From positions 2,304,001-2,368,000 of the forward strand of contig OY970296.1 of assembly GCA_963716175.1 (NCBI GenBank): a stretch of 64,000 nucleotides of DNA, written 5' to 3'. A program made the position numbers and the translations under genes. The notes beneath the pieces were generated by a model. The model was not told the DNA's origin. It made no database searches and saw nothing but the letters and a program-made list of their open reading frames with translations. Shown in pieces: positions 1 to 9,433 of the stretch (its first letter is position 1; each line of letters opens with the position of its first letter). Source of the stretch: an uncultured Armatimonadetes bacterium. GTDB lineage: Bacteria; Armatimonadota; Hebobacteria; Hebobacterales; Hebobacteraceae.

Positions 1-568
1 TGCCGCGCCATTCGCTACCATGGGCGTGGCAGGCGTCGCCGATCACCATCAGGTGGTGGCGCTGGGCGATCGCCATGATCGCGTCCATGTCGCAGGGGAT
101 GCCCCCGCAGTGCACCGGCACGATCGCCTTTGTCCGTTCCGTGATCGCGGCCTCGATCGCAGCTGGGTCCAGGTTCAACCACTCGGCCTCGATATCCACG
201 AACACCGGGATCGCGCCCAGAGCAAGCGCCGCGCTGGCAGTGGTGACGAAAGATCGAGGCGGCATGATCACCTCATCGCCGTGGCCGACGCCCGCCGCCG
301 CATAGCTGATCAGCAGCGCCGCCGAGCCGCTATCCACCGCGATGCCGTACGCGCAGTCGTGGTAGGCCGCGTACGCCTGCTCCAACTGCGCCACCTTGGA
401 CTCGCTGAAGTCCCTTCCCTTGCCCTCGAAGATGTAGGGCAAGGCGCACCAGCACCTGCTCTCGAGGACCTCCCGCACCCCCTGGAGTTCCCGCTCATCG
501 TAGATCGGCCATACCGGCCAGCTTCCCGTCCTGACCGGCTCTCCACCTCGGATTGCGAGCTTCGCCAT
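1..568 (-). CDS. DegT/DnrJ/EryC1/StrS family PLP aminotransferase (5' part; runs off window)
   Basis: Manual minus-strand translation from ATG 568: MAKLAIRGGEPVRTGSWPVWPIYDERELQGVREVLES..., typical N-terminus of the family. Confidence 0.85.
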   Translation of the reverse strand, partial: MAKLAIRGGEPVRTGSWPVWPIYDERELQGVREVLESRCWCALPYIFEGKGRDFSESKVAQLEQAYAAYHDCAYGIAVDSGSAALLISYAAAGVGHGDEVIMPPRSFVTTASAALALGAIPVFVDIEAEWLNLDPAAIEAAITERTKAIVPVHCGGIPCDMDAIMAIAQRHHLMVIGDACHAHGSEWRG

Positions 569-811
569 CACCGCCCTCCCTATCGCCATTGTCGGGTTCC
601 ATCCCAGGCTAGCATCCCCTTTCGTGCTCCTCTCGGAGGCAACGATATGGCCGGGCTGCGCAGTGGTTCAGCCGCACCCGTGCCCTGCTGCATCATCCAT
701 GCCTCCCAGAACAGGGGTATGCGTGAGGGGAGAGAATAGCACGAGATGGGCGGCAGGGGCGGTCTGGGTGCCAGATGAGTCTCTCGACGGCACGCGCTCG
801 TCGGGTTCGCC

Positions 812-915
812 CTAATGGCGTTCGCACAAAGAAGCAATGTGCCAACGCCGCTCTGGGCCCGTCTGAGCAGTTGCCTGAGCTTCGCCCCCTTACTTCTTTG
901 GGCGAAGCTCAGTAG
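812..915. repeat. Double-hairpin repeat family B, copy 1
   Basis: Homologous to 31526-31628; CTAATG...TAG ends; two internal hairpins; imperfect terminal inverted repeat. Confidence 0.75.
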
Positions 916-917
916 TC

Positions 918-1362
918 GTGACGCGATGGAATGGTGCTGAGGTGCTCGGCATGTCCGTGGATGCCGACTTCGGGCGCGGCCGCATCGGCACCGGCAGCTT
1001 CGCCGTGGGCCTTGCCGTCGAGGACTTGGATGCTGGCGGCAGATTGGAGGTGGTCACAGGCGAGGAGACGGGCGGCCGCCAGCAGATCACCTGGTATCAG
1101 CCCAGGACCGACCTCCGCCATCCCTGGCAGCGTCACATCGTAGACCTCGAGTGTGACGGCTCGGCGCATGACATCCTGTTCGCAGACATGGACGGCGATG
1201 GACGCCGAGAGCTGGTCGCCAACGCCGCTTACTGTGACTCGCCCGGCCTGTTCATCTACAAGCCCGGCGCTGATCTGGCTGCTCCCTGGAACAAGCATGC
1301 TGTCGACCGAGGCGTCTTCGCTGAGGGTGTGTCCATGGGGGACCTCGACGGCGATGGCGCTG
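918..1362 (+). pseudogene. FG-GAP/VCBS repeat protein fragment
   Basis: DLDAGGRLE, DMDGDGRRE, DLDGDG repeats; no normal N- or C-terminus. Confidence 0.6.
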
Positions 1363-1437
1363 TACCGTGCGGCCGAGGGAGCAGAAGGGGAAAGCGGCGC
1401 AACAGTGTACTGGTGGAACTGGTGGGAGCATTTCTGG

Positions 1438-1977
1438 ATGCTCGGATGCGAACGTCATTTCGTCAGGCTGATCCCATACCAGTCCGACTGGGCCGAGCTG
1501 TTCCAACAGGAGGCTCTGGCGCTGAGACGCGCCATTGGCGACCAGACCGTGCGCATTGAGCATGTCGGCAGCACCGCCATTCCGGGCCTGGACGCAAAGC
1601 CAATCCTAGACATCGTGGTTGCCGTGCGAGACATGGCAGACGCGACGGCATTCGAGGAGTCGCTCCTGCCGCTCGGCTATGTCCACAAGGCTGAGAACGA
1701 CCGGCCTGGGCGGCTCTACTTCGTGAAGCGCACGGCGGATAACAGGTCAACCCACCACCTCAACATCACCGAACTCGGCACCGAATGCTGGTTCACCCAT
1801 GTGGCGTTCCGAGACTACCTGCGTTCCCATCCCAAAGCGCGGGACGGGTACCAGGGGCTCAAGCGCGAACTGGCGTCCCGACACCAGCATGATCGAGCGG
1901 CGTACCAGGACGGCAAGGCGGAGTTCATCGAGCACGTCCTCTCGCTCGCTGGCGAGGGACGTATCCTGACTACCTGA
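1438..1977 (+). CDS. GrpB family protein
   Basis: IEHVGSTAIPGLDAKPILDI, FRDYLRSHP and Y..GKAEFI motifs. Confidence 0.9.
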   Translation: MLGCERHFVRLIPYQSDWAELFQQEALALRRAIGDQTVRIEHVGSTAIPGLDAKPILDIVVAVRDMADATAFEESLLPLGYVHKAENDRPGRLYFVKRTADNRSTHHLNITELGTECWFTHVAFRDYLRSHPKARDGYQGLKRELASRHQHDRAAYQDGKAEFIEHVLSLAGEGRILTT

Positions 1978-2045
1978 TCGTGAACCTCGCCCCCTACTAC
2001 TGATCGGTGGGACGGCCGCCGGTCGCGGCTTTCCGCGCCACGATG

Positions 2046-2570
2046 CTAAGCGCTCCGCGGGTCGTTCCGGTACTCCTCCGGAAGCTCCACGCCGAACCGC
2101 TGGCGCAGCAATCGCATCTCCCGGAAGTCCTTATCGCTTGGCTCATAGCCGGTGTGGCAGAGCATCTGGGCTTCTGGCGTCAGGCATCGCACTTCTCGAT
2201 CAGCCACTCTGCCTGTGCCCCGGAAACCGGCAGCCGGATACACCCAGTCCTCGCCATTCAGCATGCGGTAGACCCCGTTGCCCTCTTCGTCAAACCGTAC
2301 TGGATGAACGTCAACCTCCCGCCCCTGCGAATCCTTGAGGACGAAGTTCGAGGCCGGGCAACCATCAGCCAGCTCGAACCCGCGGTGGCCAAGTACGCTG
2401 ATCATCGCTGGAACATCGTCGACGCGGACGATGATGTCCACGTCCTTGTGCGGCCGCGTCTGCTCACCGAGCAGGGCATCGACTCCCCAGCCGCCGTCCA
2501 GCCACACCTCGATCTCGGACGATTCCAGGAGATCGACTACGGCAATCAGGTCGTGACTCTCCATTGTCAC
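2046..2570 (-). CDS. Aminoglycoside/lincosamide nucleotidyltransferase family protein
   Basis: WLDGGWGVDALLGEQTRPHKDVD, VDVHP, HTGYE motifs. Confidence 0.85.
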   Translation of the reverse strand: MTMESHDLIAVVDLLESSEIEVWLDGGWGVDALLGEQTRPHKDVDIIVRVDDVPAMISVLGHRGFELADGCPASNFVLKDSQGREVDVHPVRFDEEGNGVYRMLNGEDWVYPAAGFRGTGRVADREVRCLTPEAQMLCHTGYEPSDKDFREMRLLRQRFGVELPEEYRNDPRSA

Positions 2571-3568
2571 GGCACCTCACCCTGCTGCGGCCATCCCCAT
2601 CGGTCCCAGATCCATCCGTCCAGCCAGTCGTATCCGGCTCGTTCCGCCAGCCTGCCGCGGGCCTCGACTCTGTCGAACCAGTTGGGATTCTCCCAGGCCT
2701 TCTCGCTCGTGGCGGCGAACGAGAAGGTGAGCATATCAGCCGTCAGCATCCCGCTTTCGAGAATCTCTCTGGTGAGCATCTGCACGATCCGGTCGATGGC
2801 CGCAGACTTCTCCGACCAGTCCGCATCCGACCCCACGGTCTCAAACTCGCCAATCAGATCCCCAGGGACGGCCGGCAACTCCTTGAGCATCCGGGGGAAG
2901 CAACGCCGCCACGAGTAGTACTGCCTGTTGGTCAGGAAGGCGATGCGGAAGAGCTTCGGGAGGATGTCTCCGAGGATCATGTGCGCTTCCAGCGGCTGGT
3001 TGCGGCGCACGGCTTTCTCCAGGGCCTCTGGCTCGCCGGCAAGGTCCACAAGCTCGCCTAGCACGCCCTTGGCCCACAGCCGCGGCGGATAGCGATCGGG
3101 AGCGGTGAGCCCTCTGAGTCGAGTCAGGACCTCGTGCGCATCGCAAAGAGGCGGGTGAATCTGCAGTTGGAGCAACTCCTCCATGCTGACCTCTTCCCAC
3201 GGCACGTCCTTCTCGCCCGCCAGCACGGACTCGGCCTGCCCACAGAGTAGTTCGGCCCACGAGTGCACACTGATCTCCGAGTGTCTGAAATCTGGCCAGG
3301 TGTAGGGATCTCTTGAGAACCCGGAATAGGGATGGGCGAGGAATGGTTCCAGCTTGTGGAGCAGCGTCAACTGCAACTGCCCGCCCCGCTCCTTCCACAG
3401 CTTCTCCGGCAGGAAGAGCGTGGTATCCAGGTCGGACAGCTCATCATCTAATCCGAATCCGAAAGAGCCCTCGACGCGGATGCTCATCTCCGACACCAGC
3501 TCCGGGTGCTCCCGCGCGATCAGTGGGAGCACCTTCTCCTCGAAGTAAGCTTCGAAGCCCCGCCTCAT
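2567..3568 (-). CDS. DUF4037-like nucleotidyltransferase-fold protein
   Basis: GSFGFGLDDELSDLD (GS..DxD) motif and FLTNRQYYSWRR segment. Confidence 0.65.
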   Translation of the reverse strand: MRRGFEAYFEEKVLPLIAREHPELVSEMSIRVEGSFGFGLDDELSDLDTTLFLPEKLWKERGGQLQLTLLHKLEPFLAHPYSGFSRDPYTWPDFRHSEISVHSWAELLCGQAESVLAGEKDVPWEEVSMEELLQLQIHPPLCDAHEVLTRLRGLTAPDRYPPRLWAKGVLGELVDLAGEPEALEKAVRRNQPLEAHMILGDILPKLFRIAFLTNRQYYSWRRCFPRMLKELPAVPGDLIGEFETVGSDADWSEKSAAIDRIVQMLTREILESGMLTADMLTFSFAATSEKAWENPNWFDRVEARGRLAERAGYDWLDGWIWDRWGWPQQGEVP

Positions 3569-3636
3569 CGCATTTCCCCTCCCCTTCCGCAGTTGCCATG
3601 CCGCGGCATATACGGGCAGCGCCCAATCACCACAGA

Positions 3637-4482
3637 TCACGCGCGCTTGAAGATCGAGAAGATGTGCGGAACGCGATAGCTTTCAGCAGCGTGCTGCTCA
3701 ACGACTCCAAAGCCAGCATTTCGAAATGCAGTCTGCAGCGTGTGCGGGTCGAATTGCTGTTCTTCCTCATAGTAGGAATCCAGAATCACATCGCTTGGGA
3801 TGTCTGCAGGCAAGAGGTCTGTCGCCACTCGCTCTTGCTGGCGCAGGGATGAGTCTCCAAGCAGTTGCTGCCCGAACCGGGTGTTGGCGTGGAGTTCGTA
3901 TCGCTCAGTGCGAATGCGGTAGGGATCTGTCAGATAGTGCACGACCTGCAGTACCAACGGCCGGAGGTCGCGTCGCAGACAACGCTCGACGCGCGGCGCG
4001 CCTTCCGACAAACGGTATCGGAAGTCCTGTTCGATGGAAACGGTTACCGCTCCGGGGACCGCCACTCGCGCCATCTCTGACAGTACGCATGAGGGATCGG
4101 CGATGCTACCAAGACTTCCGCAGGCTGCCAACCCATCGAACGTCCGATCAGGGAACGGTAGTGCTTCGCCCACTCCACGTATCAGAAAGACGTTACCGAG
4201 CCCGAGGATGGTGGCATTCACGGCAGCCCGGGCGAGCATACCTGGCGAGATGTCCAACCCGACAGCCACACCGACTCTGGGAGCGACCAAGACAAGCGGG
4301 AAGCCGGGGCCGCAGCCGACATCGAGGACGAGCTTACGCCCGGCGAGCGCGGCCGTGAAGAAAGTGGCCTCGCGCTGGCCGTCCGGCGCAAGCGCTATCT
4401 CACCAGCATCGTTCAACAACGCGTCGTACCTGCCGGCCCTCGCCATCCAGTCATAGCTTTCCCAGGCGGGTCGAGTTCTCAA
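3637..4482 (-). CDS. Class I SAM-dependent methyltransferase
   Basis: VLDVGCGPG, LPFPDRTFD, EMARV motifs. Confidence 0.85.
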   Translation of the reverse strand: MRTRPAWESYDWMARAGRYDALLNDAGEIALAPDGQREATFFTAALAGRKLVLDVGCGPGFPLVLVAPRVGVAVGLDISPGMLARAAVNATILGLGNVFLIRGVGEALPFPDRTFDGLAACGSLGSIADPSCVLSEMARVAVPGAVTVSIEQDFRYRLSEGAPRVERCLRRDLRPLVLQVVHYLTDPYRIRTERYELHANTRFGQQLLGDSSLRQQERVATDLLPADIPSDVILDSYYEEEQQFDPHTLQTAFRNAGFGVVEQHAAESYRVPHIFSIFKRA

Positions 4483-4916
4483 GGTTCCTTCTCGACCAAG
4501 TCGATTTCAAGCTGTACCCCTACCATCTCCGCGCCCATGCTCCCGTACAGCGCCTTTGCGGCGTCGTTGTCCTGCTCGGTGTTGATGTGAAACTCGCCCA
4601 CCCCGCGCTGCTTCGCCCGACGCATTGCCTCGCCAACAAGCTGCCTGCCAATGCCTTGCCGGCGCATATCCTCGCGGACCACCAAGCCGAGGAGTTCGCC
4701 AGCCAGCGCGCCATGCGAGAGGTCGTGATAGGTCAGCAGATGGGCGAGGCCCACTACCGAGCCGCCGGCCTCAGCGACGACGAGGTCATGGTCCGAGCTG
4801 GCAAGCACCGCTTCGAACGAAGCTCGACGATCGGCCTCGACAAGGACCAGTTGGGTCTCCAGCTCAGCGATTGCGGGGTAATCTTCCAACGCTGCCATGC
4901 GTAGCGAGATGCCCAT
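4479..4916 (-). CDS. GNAT N-acetyltransferase
   Basis: RRQGIGRQL motif A; NDAAKALY. Confidence 0.9.
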   Translation of the reverse strand: MGISLRMAALEDYPAIAELETQLVLVEADRRASFEAVLASSDHDLVVAEAGGSVVGLAHLLTYHDLSHGALAGELLGLVVREDMRRQGIGRQLVGEAMRRAKQRGVGEFHINTEQDNDAAKALYGSMGAEMVGVQLEIDLVEKEP

Positions 4917-4919
4917 TTC

Positions 4920-5372
4920 GCCACTCCCTTCCGGGTGCAGATCAGCTCGGGATGATAGAGGCCATCCGGATAGCCTGCCGTGACTCTCCTCACGGGGTCG
5001 GCAATGTACTGCCCATACTCATAGCACCAGGCCCAAGGGCCCCGTGCTGTCACATCGGCAAGAAGCGCGGTTCTCGCCTGTCTGTGAGGTATCTGGCCGA
5101 ACCCCGTGGTCTGTTTGGCGATGGCGCGGGCGAAAAAGACCGCCATCTGCCCCCGGTCCACGGTGAACTCGGGATGGTAGCAGCCATCAGGATACCCCCC
5201 AACTGCGCCCGCTGTCGGCCACCCAGCAAGTCCCGTCCGCTCGGTTGACCGAGAGGAACCTGGGGCAGGCAAACAGGCTGCGCCACGTCTCCGGCACTTG
5301 CTCTGCAGCAGTTACCGGGACCGCGGAACTGAGAAGAAGCATGGGAAGATACAGCCACAGGCGCGCTTTCAT
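4920..5372 (-). pseudogene. Collapsed secreted beta-propeller/SLH surface protein relic
   Basis: Signal peptide plus SVNRADGTCWVAD joined out of frame to SLH motifs GYPDGCYHPEFTVDRGQMAVFFARA and GYPDGLYHPELICTR. Confidence 0.7.
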
Positions 5373-5402
5373 CGGACCTGCCCCCCTATCCGCCGAATCT
5401 GA

Positions 5403-5533
5403 CTAGAAGCTGTTTCATAACCTTCCCAGGGAAGGTTATGAAACAGCACCGCACAACGTCAGGCAGTGGCCGGCGCATTTCATGCGAGGGCGTGGTGCGG
5501 CCAGCCAGCAGGTAGGTTATGAAATGCGCTCTA
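5403..5533 (+). mobile_element. MITE-like repeat family A, copy 1 (126 bp core, TA-flanked)
   Basis: Near-identical to 7006-7137 and inverted 15549-15680; termini share TTTCATAACC inverted repeat. Confidence 0.9.
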
Positions 5534-5646
5534 CCCACATGATGGAGAGCGACAGCTCGACACAGGGCAAGAAGCTGGTTCTGGCGAATCAGGCCAGGTC
5601 CCTGCCGCACAGGGCTCTCAGTCTATCTCAAAGGGAAGGAGACGCC

Positions 5647-6658
5647 TTGCCTGAGAGAGCCGTTGTGGTTGGTGCCGGTGGCATCTCCGGCGCTTGGTTC
5701 CCACCCCTGATCGAGGAGGGAGTCCGGATCGCGGCCGTGGTTGACCTGAGAATCGAGGCCGCCCAAGAGAAGATCAGGCACTACCAGCTGGATGCTGAGG
5801 CCTCGACCGATCTGGCGGTCACCCCTGAAGCGCACGCGGCCGCACTTCGTGGTGGACTTAACCGTTCCCGAGGCCCACTGCGGGGTCACCTGCACGGCCC
5901 TGCGCGCCGGCTGCCACGTGATCGGCGAGAAGCCCATGGCCTCCAGCATGGCCGAGGCCCGGGAGATGGTCCGTACCGCGGAGGAGACGGGCAAGCTCTA
6001 CATGGTGAGCCAGACGCGGCGGTGGGACGCCAAACATGACCGCGCGCGGCGGGCGCTAGCCGCAGGGACCGTCGGTTCGGTCACGACCATCAACTGCGAC
6101 TTCTACCTCGGGGCCCACTTCGGGGGCTTCCGGGATGAAATGCCAAGCCCATTGATCCTGGATATGGCGATTCATCACTTCGACCTGGCGAGGTTCATGA
6201 CTGGGCTGGACCCGGTGGCGGTCTATGCCAGGGAATCCAGCCCAGTGGGCTCCTGGTACCGAGGCAGCGCGGCCGCGAGCTGCATCTTCGAGATGAGCAA
6301 CGGCGCCATCTTCACCTACCGGGGCAGTTGGTGCGCTGAGGGCTTCCCCACCAGTTGGAACGGTGACTGGCGGATCATCGGCGAGCGCGGTACGCTCCTC
6401 TATGAGCGAGACGAAGAGCCGCGCGCCCAAGTGGTAGCCGGCGATACCGGCTTCCAGCGCCCGCTCGGAGAAGCAGCGATACCGGCATCTCCGCTCAAGT
6501 TCACTGGCTGGCACGGCGCGCTGCGGGAGATGCTTGCCTTCCTTCGCACCGGCGAGAGGCCGCAGACCGAATGCCACGGCAACATCAAGTCTCTTGCCAT
6601 GGTGTTCGCGGCCATTGAGAGTTCAGGAGCGGGCCAGCGTGTGCCCGTCGCGGTCTGA
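5647..6658 (+). CDS. Gfo/Idh/MocA oxidoreductase (frameshift at C-run 5822-5825)
   Basis: VVGAGGIS N-terminus in one frame; EKPMA and DMAIHHFD in the next; AAGGAG RBS before TTG. Confidence 0.85.
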
Positions 6659-6679
6659 CGGCGGACATGGAGGTGGCTG

Positions 6680-7009
6680 ATGGTTGATATCGCACTGCCT
6701 CTTGCTATCCTGGATAGCCTGGCGGACCCGATACTGGTGGCCGACACAGAGCACATGACCCGATACATGAACGCGGCCGCGGCCAAACACTACCCCGGTG
6801 GCGAAAGCCTGATCGGCCAATCGCTTCTCGATTGCCACACACCCAAGTCCCAGCAGATCATCCGGGAGGTGCTGGCGGCGATGCAGGCAGGTGAGAACGA
6901 GCGCCTGATCAGCGACCGAGACGGGCGCCGCCACTACATGATCGCGGTGCGCAGCCGGGAGGGCCGCCTTCTTGGCTACTACGAGCGCCTCGTGCCGGCC
7001 GGAGACTAG
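6680..7009 (+). CDS. Small PAS-domain protein
   Basis: ILDSLADPILVAD..YMNAAA..LIGQSLLDCH; GGAGGT RBS. Confidence 0.85.
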   Translation: MVDIALPLAILDSLADPILVADTEHMTRYMNAAAAKHYPGGESLIGQSLLDCHTPKSQQIIREVLAAMQAGENERLISDRDGRRHYMIAVRSREGRLLGYYERLVPAGD

Positions 7010-7137
7010 AAGCTGTTTCATAACCTTCCCAGGGGAGGTTATGAAACAGCACTGCACAACGTCAGGCAGTGGCAGGCGCATTTCATGCGAGGGCGTGGTG
7101 CGGCCAGCCAGCAGGTAGGTTATGAAATGCGCTCTAG
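7006..7137 (+). mobile_element. MITE-like repeat family A, copy 2
   Basis: Repeat fills the whole gap between two convergent stop codons; CTAG at both ends. Confidence 0.9.
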
Positions 7138-8210
7138 GCCGTTTGCTGCATGGCCACCTCTCGCTTCTCTCTGCCTGAGCGATAGCAGGCCTCGACTACC
7201 TTCAGGTTCCAGAGCGCCTCGTCGCCATCCACCGCCGGCCTTCCGCCGGTGAGGATGGCCCGCGAGAACTGCTCGATCTCGGCTCCGTACATATTCACCG
7301 GCTCGGCCTCGAGATCGAAGGTGCGCTCGCTCGGCGGCCGATCCTGCTGGGCCTCGTATGCGCCCTGGTCCGAGAGCACGGCCTCGATCCTGCCGCCTGG
7401 AAGCTGGCCGACGGTGCCCTGCCCGAAGAGCGCGCCCCGAGTGCCATAGATCTCGAGCAGACTGCGGCTGGCCGCATCGGGGACGTTGAACAGCGAGTCC
7501 ACGATCATCTGCGCCCCGCTCTCCATGCGCATCACCACGGTGGAGGTGTCCTCTGAGGGGTAGGCTTGGACCAGACTCTGGTTCATGGCGAACACGGATA
7601 CCGCTTTGCTGCCGGTGATGAACTCGAGCAAGTCAATGCAGTGGCTGCCCATGTCCATCAGCGAACCCCCGCCCCCGGCCTTCGGGTCCTGCCGCCAGGC
7701 GCCTTGAATGGGCGGATACCAGCAGGTCAGTTGGGCGCGCGCGGCCACCACCTTCCCTAGCTCGCCCCTTGCGACCAGATCGCGAGCGGCCGCGTTCAGG
7801 GAATGGAACCGCATCATGTAGCCGCACCCCAGCAGCACGCCCGCCTGGCGGCAGGCTGCGATCGCTTGCTCTGCCTCCGCCACCGTTAGCGTGATCGGCT
7901 TCTCCACCAGGACGTGCTTGCCGGCCTTCGCCGCGGCCATGATCTGAGGGAAGTGGGCGGCCACCGGAGTGGCGATGTAGACCGCCTCCACCTCCCGGTC
8001 CGCGAGCAGCTCCTGGTCGCCTGCGTGCACCTTAGGCACGCTGAACTGCTTCGCCGCGGCCTCGGCCGCCTCATGCCGCACATCTATCAGCGCCACGAAC
8101 CTGGCGCTCTTCGCTCCCTCCTTCGCGCCGGGCAAGGTGCGCCGGGAAGCGATGCCGCCGGCTCCGATCACCCCCCAGTTGACCTGTCTCATCTGCGTTC
8201 TCTCCATCAC
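7134..8210 (-). CDS. Gfo/Idh/MocA oxidoreductase
   Basis: WGVIGAGGIA, HVLVEKP, GGGSLMDMGSHCID. Confidence 0.92.
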   Translation of the reverse strand: MMERTQMRQVNWGVIGAGGIASRRTLPGAKEGAKSARFVALIDVRHEAAEAAAKQFSVPKVHAGDQELLADREVEAVYIATPVAAHFPQIMAAAKAGKHVLVEKPITLTVAEAEQAIAACRQAGVLLGCGYMMRFHSLNAAARDLVARGELGKVVAARAQLTCWYPPIQGAWRQDPKAGGGGSLMDMGSHCIDLLEFITGSKAVSVFAMNQSLVQAYPSEDTSTVVMRMESGAQMIVDSLFNVPDAASRSLLEIYGTRGALFGQGTVGQLPGGRIEAVLSDQGAYEAQQDRPPSERTFDLEAEPVNMYGAEIEQFSRAILTGGRPAVDGDEALWNLKVVEACYRSGREKREVAMQQTA

Positions 8211-8387
8211 ACGGCAGCGTCCAAGTCATGCGATTTCGGCTGGCAGATGATTCGGCGGGCTCATGGGAGCACCTCTCTTCGCGCCGGACGGGGCGGTGGC
8301 TTTGACCTCCGGATCCGCACACGCCGGCTCGCGGCCGCCTCGACGGAATCGCCTGGCGCGGCTATCATGGTTGCTCACGAGGCCCCC

Positions 8388-9431
8388 GTGCTAGCCATCA
8401 AGAAGACAAGAGCGGGACCTGGGCTCACTTGGTGCGATGATGTACCTCGCCCGGATGTTGGGCCGCGCGATGTTCTGATCGCCGTCACCCATACCGGCAT
8501 CTGCGGCACCGACCGTCACATCTACGAGTGGGACAAGTGGAGCGCGGATCGCGTCCCGCTGGGCATCACCATCGGCCACGAGTTCGTGGGCCGCGTCGCG
8601 GCTGTCGGCTCCGGCGCGGTTCGCGTCCAGGTCGGCCAGCGGGTCAGTGGCGAGGGGCACATTGGCTGCGGCCTCTGCGAGCCCTGCCGCACCGGCAATG
8701 CCCACATCTGCGAGAAGGTGAGGATCCTGGGCGTGGATCGGGACGGCTGCTTCGCCCAGTACATCGCCATCCCCGAGGAGAATGTGTGGCCCGTCCATCC
8801 CGATATCCCGGACCGCATCGCGGCCGTGCTGGACCCGCTGGGCAATGCCATGCACACGGTGATGGCCGCCGGGGTGAGCGGGCGCAGCGTGCTCATCACC
8901 GGCGTCGGCGTGATCGGTCTGATGGCCGTCGCCATCGCCCGCGCGGCCGGCGCCGGCACCATCCTGGTCTCCGATGTCAAGCCGCAGCGCCTGGAGCTGG
9001 CGAAGCAGCTCGGGGCCGATATCGCCTACCTGGCCGACGATCCGGAATGGACGGCCAAGGCGAGGGAGGCCACTCACAACCAGGGCCCGCAGGTGCTGTT
9101 GGAGATGAGCGGGAACCCCCGCGCCATCCGGGATGGCCTCACCGCCCTGCGCAACGGCGGCACCGCTGCTCTGCTCGGAACCCCCTCCAACCCGGTCGAG
9201 ATCAACCTTTCCACCGACATCATCTTCAAGGGCGCCACCATCCTGGGCATCAACGGCCGCCGCATCTACGAGACCTGGTACCAGGTCGAGAGCTGCCTGC
9301 TCTCTAATCGCCTTCACCTGGACCCCATCATCACTCACCAGCTGGAGCTGCGAGACTTCGAGCGCGCCTTCCATTTGCTGGAGGCTGGCGAGGCGATCAA
9401 GGTGGTGCTGAGGGTTCCGCAGGAGACTTAG
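8388..9431 (+). CDS. tdh: L-threonine 3-dehydrogenase
   Basis: GICGTDRHIYEWD, GHEFVG, Zn-binding Cys cluster, DPLGNAMHT; adjacent kbl; start approximate. Confidence 0.9.
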   Translation: MLAIKKTRAGPGLTWCDDVPRPDVGPRDVLIAVTHTGICGTDRHIYEWDKWSADRVPLGITIGHEFVGRVAAVGSGAVRVQVGQRVSGEGHIGCGLCEPCRTGNAHICEKVRILGVDRDGCFAQYIAIPEENVWPVHPDIPDRIAAVLDPLGNAMHTVMAAGVSGRSVLITGVGVIGLMAVAIARAAGAGTILVSDVKPQRLELAKQLGADIAYLADDPEWTAKAREATHNQGPQVLLEMSGNPRAIRDGLTALRNGGTAALLGTPSNPVEINLSTDIIFKGATILGINGRRIYETWYQVESCLLSNRLHLDPIITHQLELRDFERAFHLLEAGEAIKVVLRVPQET

Positions 9432-9433
9432 CC

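Noticed and set aside
20-739. 239-aa plus-strand ORF and many other long antisense ORFs (e.g. 13316-15028, 20124-21815, 26656-27906)
   Set aside because: Shadow frames of real opposite-strand genes in high-GC DNA; no recognisable motifs.
5386-5610. Recurring peptide HFITYLLAGRTTPSHEMR / CCFIT in several ORFs
   Set aside because: Translation of the MITE A repeat, not a protein family.
5403-7137. Composite transposon or CRISPR formed by repeat A copies
   Set aside because: Each copy has its own TA flanks, there are no regular spacers, and no cas or transposase gene is present.
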